Of a stretch of DNA of 45,043 nucleotides, positions 43,399-45,043 are shown piece by piece; within the stretch, counting starts at the first letter, position 1, and each line of letters opens with the position of its first letter. The translations under genes were made by a program, and so were the position numbers. Origin of the DNA: a virus (lineage: Duplodnaviria; Caudoviricetes); the IMG/VR virus record IMGVR_UViG_3300032218_004038, positions 1 to 45,043 of that record. One strand, 5' to 3'. The notes beneath the pieces were generated by a model. The model saw only the letters and a program-made list of their open reading frames with translations, was not told the origin of the DNA and did no database searches.

Positions 43399-45036
43399 TT
43401 AGGCGGCGATTTGTGTCCAGTACGGGTTCTGATTATCGTCGATTTGAACCCATCCGGGGGTTTGTGGATTGGAAATTAATACCCAGTTGGGGTCTTGCGG
43501 AGTGGGGATCGGGTTCCAGTTATTGTAGGGAAGTGCGACCTGACCAACGTACCCAATAGCTTCTACGCCCGCTGGGTATACTATCGTATTTCTAGAGGCA
43601 TTTACCTGCCCAATTGCACCGGTCCCCGTAACGCTACCAACAACAACCGTAAGGCTAATGACAACGGTTGGCCCGGTGATCGCCCCAGTGCCCGTTACAC
43701 TACCCACACCAACCGCTGTTGGAACCTGCGCCGTGCCAACTGCACCATTGGCTTGAACACCAACAACGTACGGCAAAATGCCAACTTGACCGTTGCCTTG
43801 AACTCCAGTTGGAGAGACAACCGCACTGCCAACAACCGTCAGTTGTCCTGCTGCACCGGTACCAGTAACACTAGATGGAATAACGTTTGAGGCACCAGTG
43901 GCGGTAACACCTTGGATTGCGCCGGTGCCCGTGACACTACCAACCGTGACGATGATTGGGTTGATGACCGCGCCAAGCTGCCCATTACCTTGGACGCCGT
44001 CTGGTACTACAACGTAGCCAAATACGTTGGTAACTTGGCCTACTTGCCCGTTACCTTGAACCCCAGAAACAATCAGCCCTGCAACGTAGAACGCATCATT
44101 TTGGAAGGCGCTTGAGATAAACGCACCTTCTGAACCAACTAGCTTAATTTCGCCAAGTTGAGCGGTTCCGGATACCCCGGTTGGTATAACTAACGCCGGG
44201 GCAACAGGCGTGACTGTTCCAATTGCACCGGTGGCTTGCACCCCGGTCACATATGGGATTATTCCAACCTGTCCGTTACCTTGAACGCCCGTTACGGCAA
44301 AGTTTTGGCCAGCAACAATCGAGACACCGTTAATTTGACCGGTGCCGGTGACACTCGAAGGAATGACATTTGCCGCCCCGGTCGCGGTAACACCTTGAAT
44401 CGCTCCTGTACCAGCAACACTACCAACGACAACAAAAACCGGATTGACTGTCTGACCAATTTGGCCGTTGCCCTGTACTCCATCTGGGAACACGACAAAA
44501 CCAAAAGAGTTGGTGACCTGCCCAACTTGGCCGTTGCCTTGAACGCCGCTGACCGTTAAACCGGCAACAAAGAAAGCGTCGTTTTGGAAAGCCGTAGCTT
44601 CAAACGCACCGTCTGTGCTGATAGCTCGAATAGTGCCTACGCCGCCCGTTCCAGTAACACTAGATACGACAGCTACTACCGAAACCGTGGCAGATACGCC
44701 TTGGATCGCCCCGGTTCCCGTTACGCCGGAAACGTTGACGAATGCCGGTACAACAACTTGGCCTATATCACCCGTGCCGGTAACGCTGCTTACGCTAAAC
44801 GTAGAACCATAAGCAACGGCTACCCCGTTGACAGTTCCAATGCCTTGCACACCAGATGCGGTGAGTGCGTTAACAAAGAACGCATCGCCGTAGAACGCAC
44901 CAGAATCAAATGCACCGTCAAGGTTGACGGCTTGGATTGTACCTACTGCGCCGGTAGCACCGACGCCCGTGACGAAAGCTCCGGACTCGGCTTCAAATGC
45001 GCTTGGGTCAAACGCAATACTGAAAGCCGCAGCCAC
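43399..45036 (-). CDS. Repeat-rich V/G/T tail structural protein
   Basis: Many GV-x-G-x-G-x-(V/I)G-x-V repeats; in-frame stop at 45040-45042 supports a GTG start at 45036. Confidence 0.7.
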   Translation of the reverse strand: MAAAFSIAFDPSAFEAESGAFVTGVGATGAVGTIQAVNLDGAFDSGAFYGDAFFVNALTASGVQGIGTVNGVAVAYGSTFSVSSVTGTGDIGQVVVPAFVNVSGVTGTGAIQGVSATVSVVAVVSSVTGTGGVGTIRAISTDGAFEATAFQNDAFFVAGLTVSGVQGNGQVGQVTNSFGFVVFPDGVQGNGQIGQTVNPVFVVVGSVAGTGAIQGVTATGAANVIPSSVTGTGQINGVSIVAGQNFAVTGVQGNGQVGIIPYVTGVQATGAIGTVTPVAPALVIPTGVSGTAQLGEIKLVGSEGAFISSAFQNDAFYVAGLIVSGVQGNGQVGQVTNVFGYVVVPDGVQGNGQLGAVINPIIVTVGSVTGTGAIQGVTATGASNVIPSSVTGTGAAGQLTVVGSAVVSPTGVQGNGQVGILPYVVGVQANGAVGTAQVPTAVGVGSVTGTGAITGPTVVISLTVVVGSVTGTGAIGQVNASRNTIVYPAGVEAIGYVGQVALPYNNWNPIPTPQDPNWVLISNPQTPGWVQIDDNQNPYWTQIAA

Positions 45037-45043
45037 AGTTTAA

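Noticed and set aside
25134-44812. Numerous plus-strand and alternative-frame ORFs over the late operon
   Set aside because: They are shadow frames of long GC-balanced structural genes with no independent coding signals.
1-45043. tRNA/rRNA genes, integrase, transposase, reverse transcriptase (DGR/retron)
   Set aside because: None recognised by eye and intergenic space is minimal. A tRNAscan/Infernal/HMM run would be needed for certainty.

Overview
About 45 kb of a tailed dsDNA bacteriophage (Caudoviricetes) with a podovirus-like layout, no host genes and no integrase. From left to right it holds: a >890-aa lytic-transglycosylase virion protein that runs off the left edge and is missing from the ORF track; terminase large subunit; a ~4.3 kb array of small genes driven by seven repeated promoter/RBS elements, six with a leader stem-loop; a VRR-NUC-type nuclease and terminase small subunit; a candidate replication origin (long inverted repeat around ATTACG iterons) at a transcription divergence point; a plus-strand run of ~20 small accessory genes; a replication module (family A DNA polymerase, UvrD-like helicase, primase, SSB-like protein, SNF2 helicase, PD-(D/E)XK exonuclease); and a minus-strand late operon (internal/ejection proteins, tail proteins, holin, GH108 endolysin, endonuclease VII-like protein, tailspike with intramolecular chaperone, repeat-rich tail protein). 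Capsid and portal are not recognisable in the window. The most unusual signals are the promoter/stem-loop gene-cassette array between terS and terL, a dispersed tandem CGGWCCG heptamer written even into coding regions, a repeated mini-hairpin/G-quadruplex-type element near terL, and a short xAxGG peptide motif shared by predicted injected proteins. All product calls come from motif recognition by eye; no database search was run.
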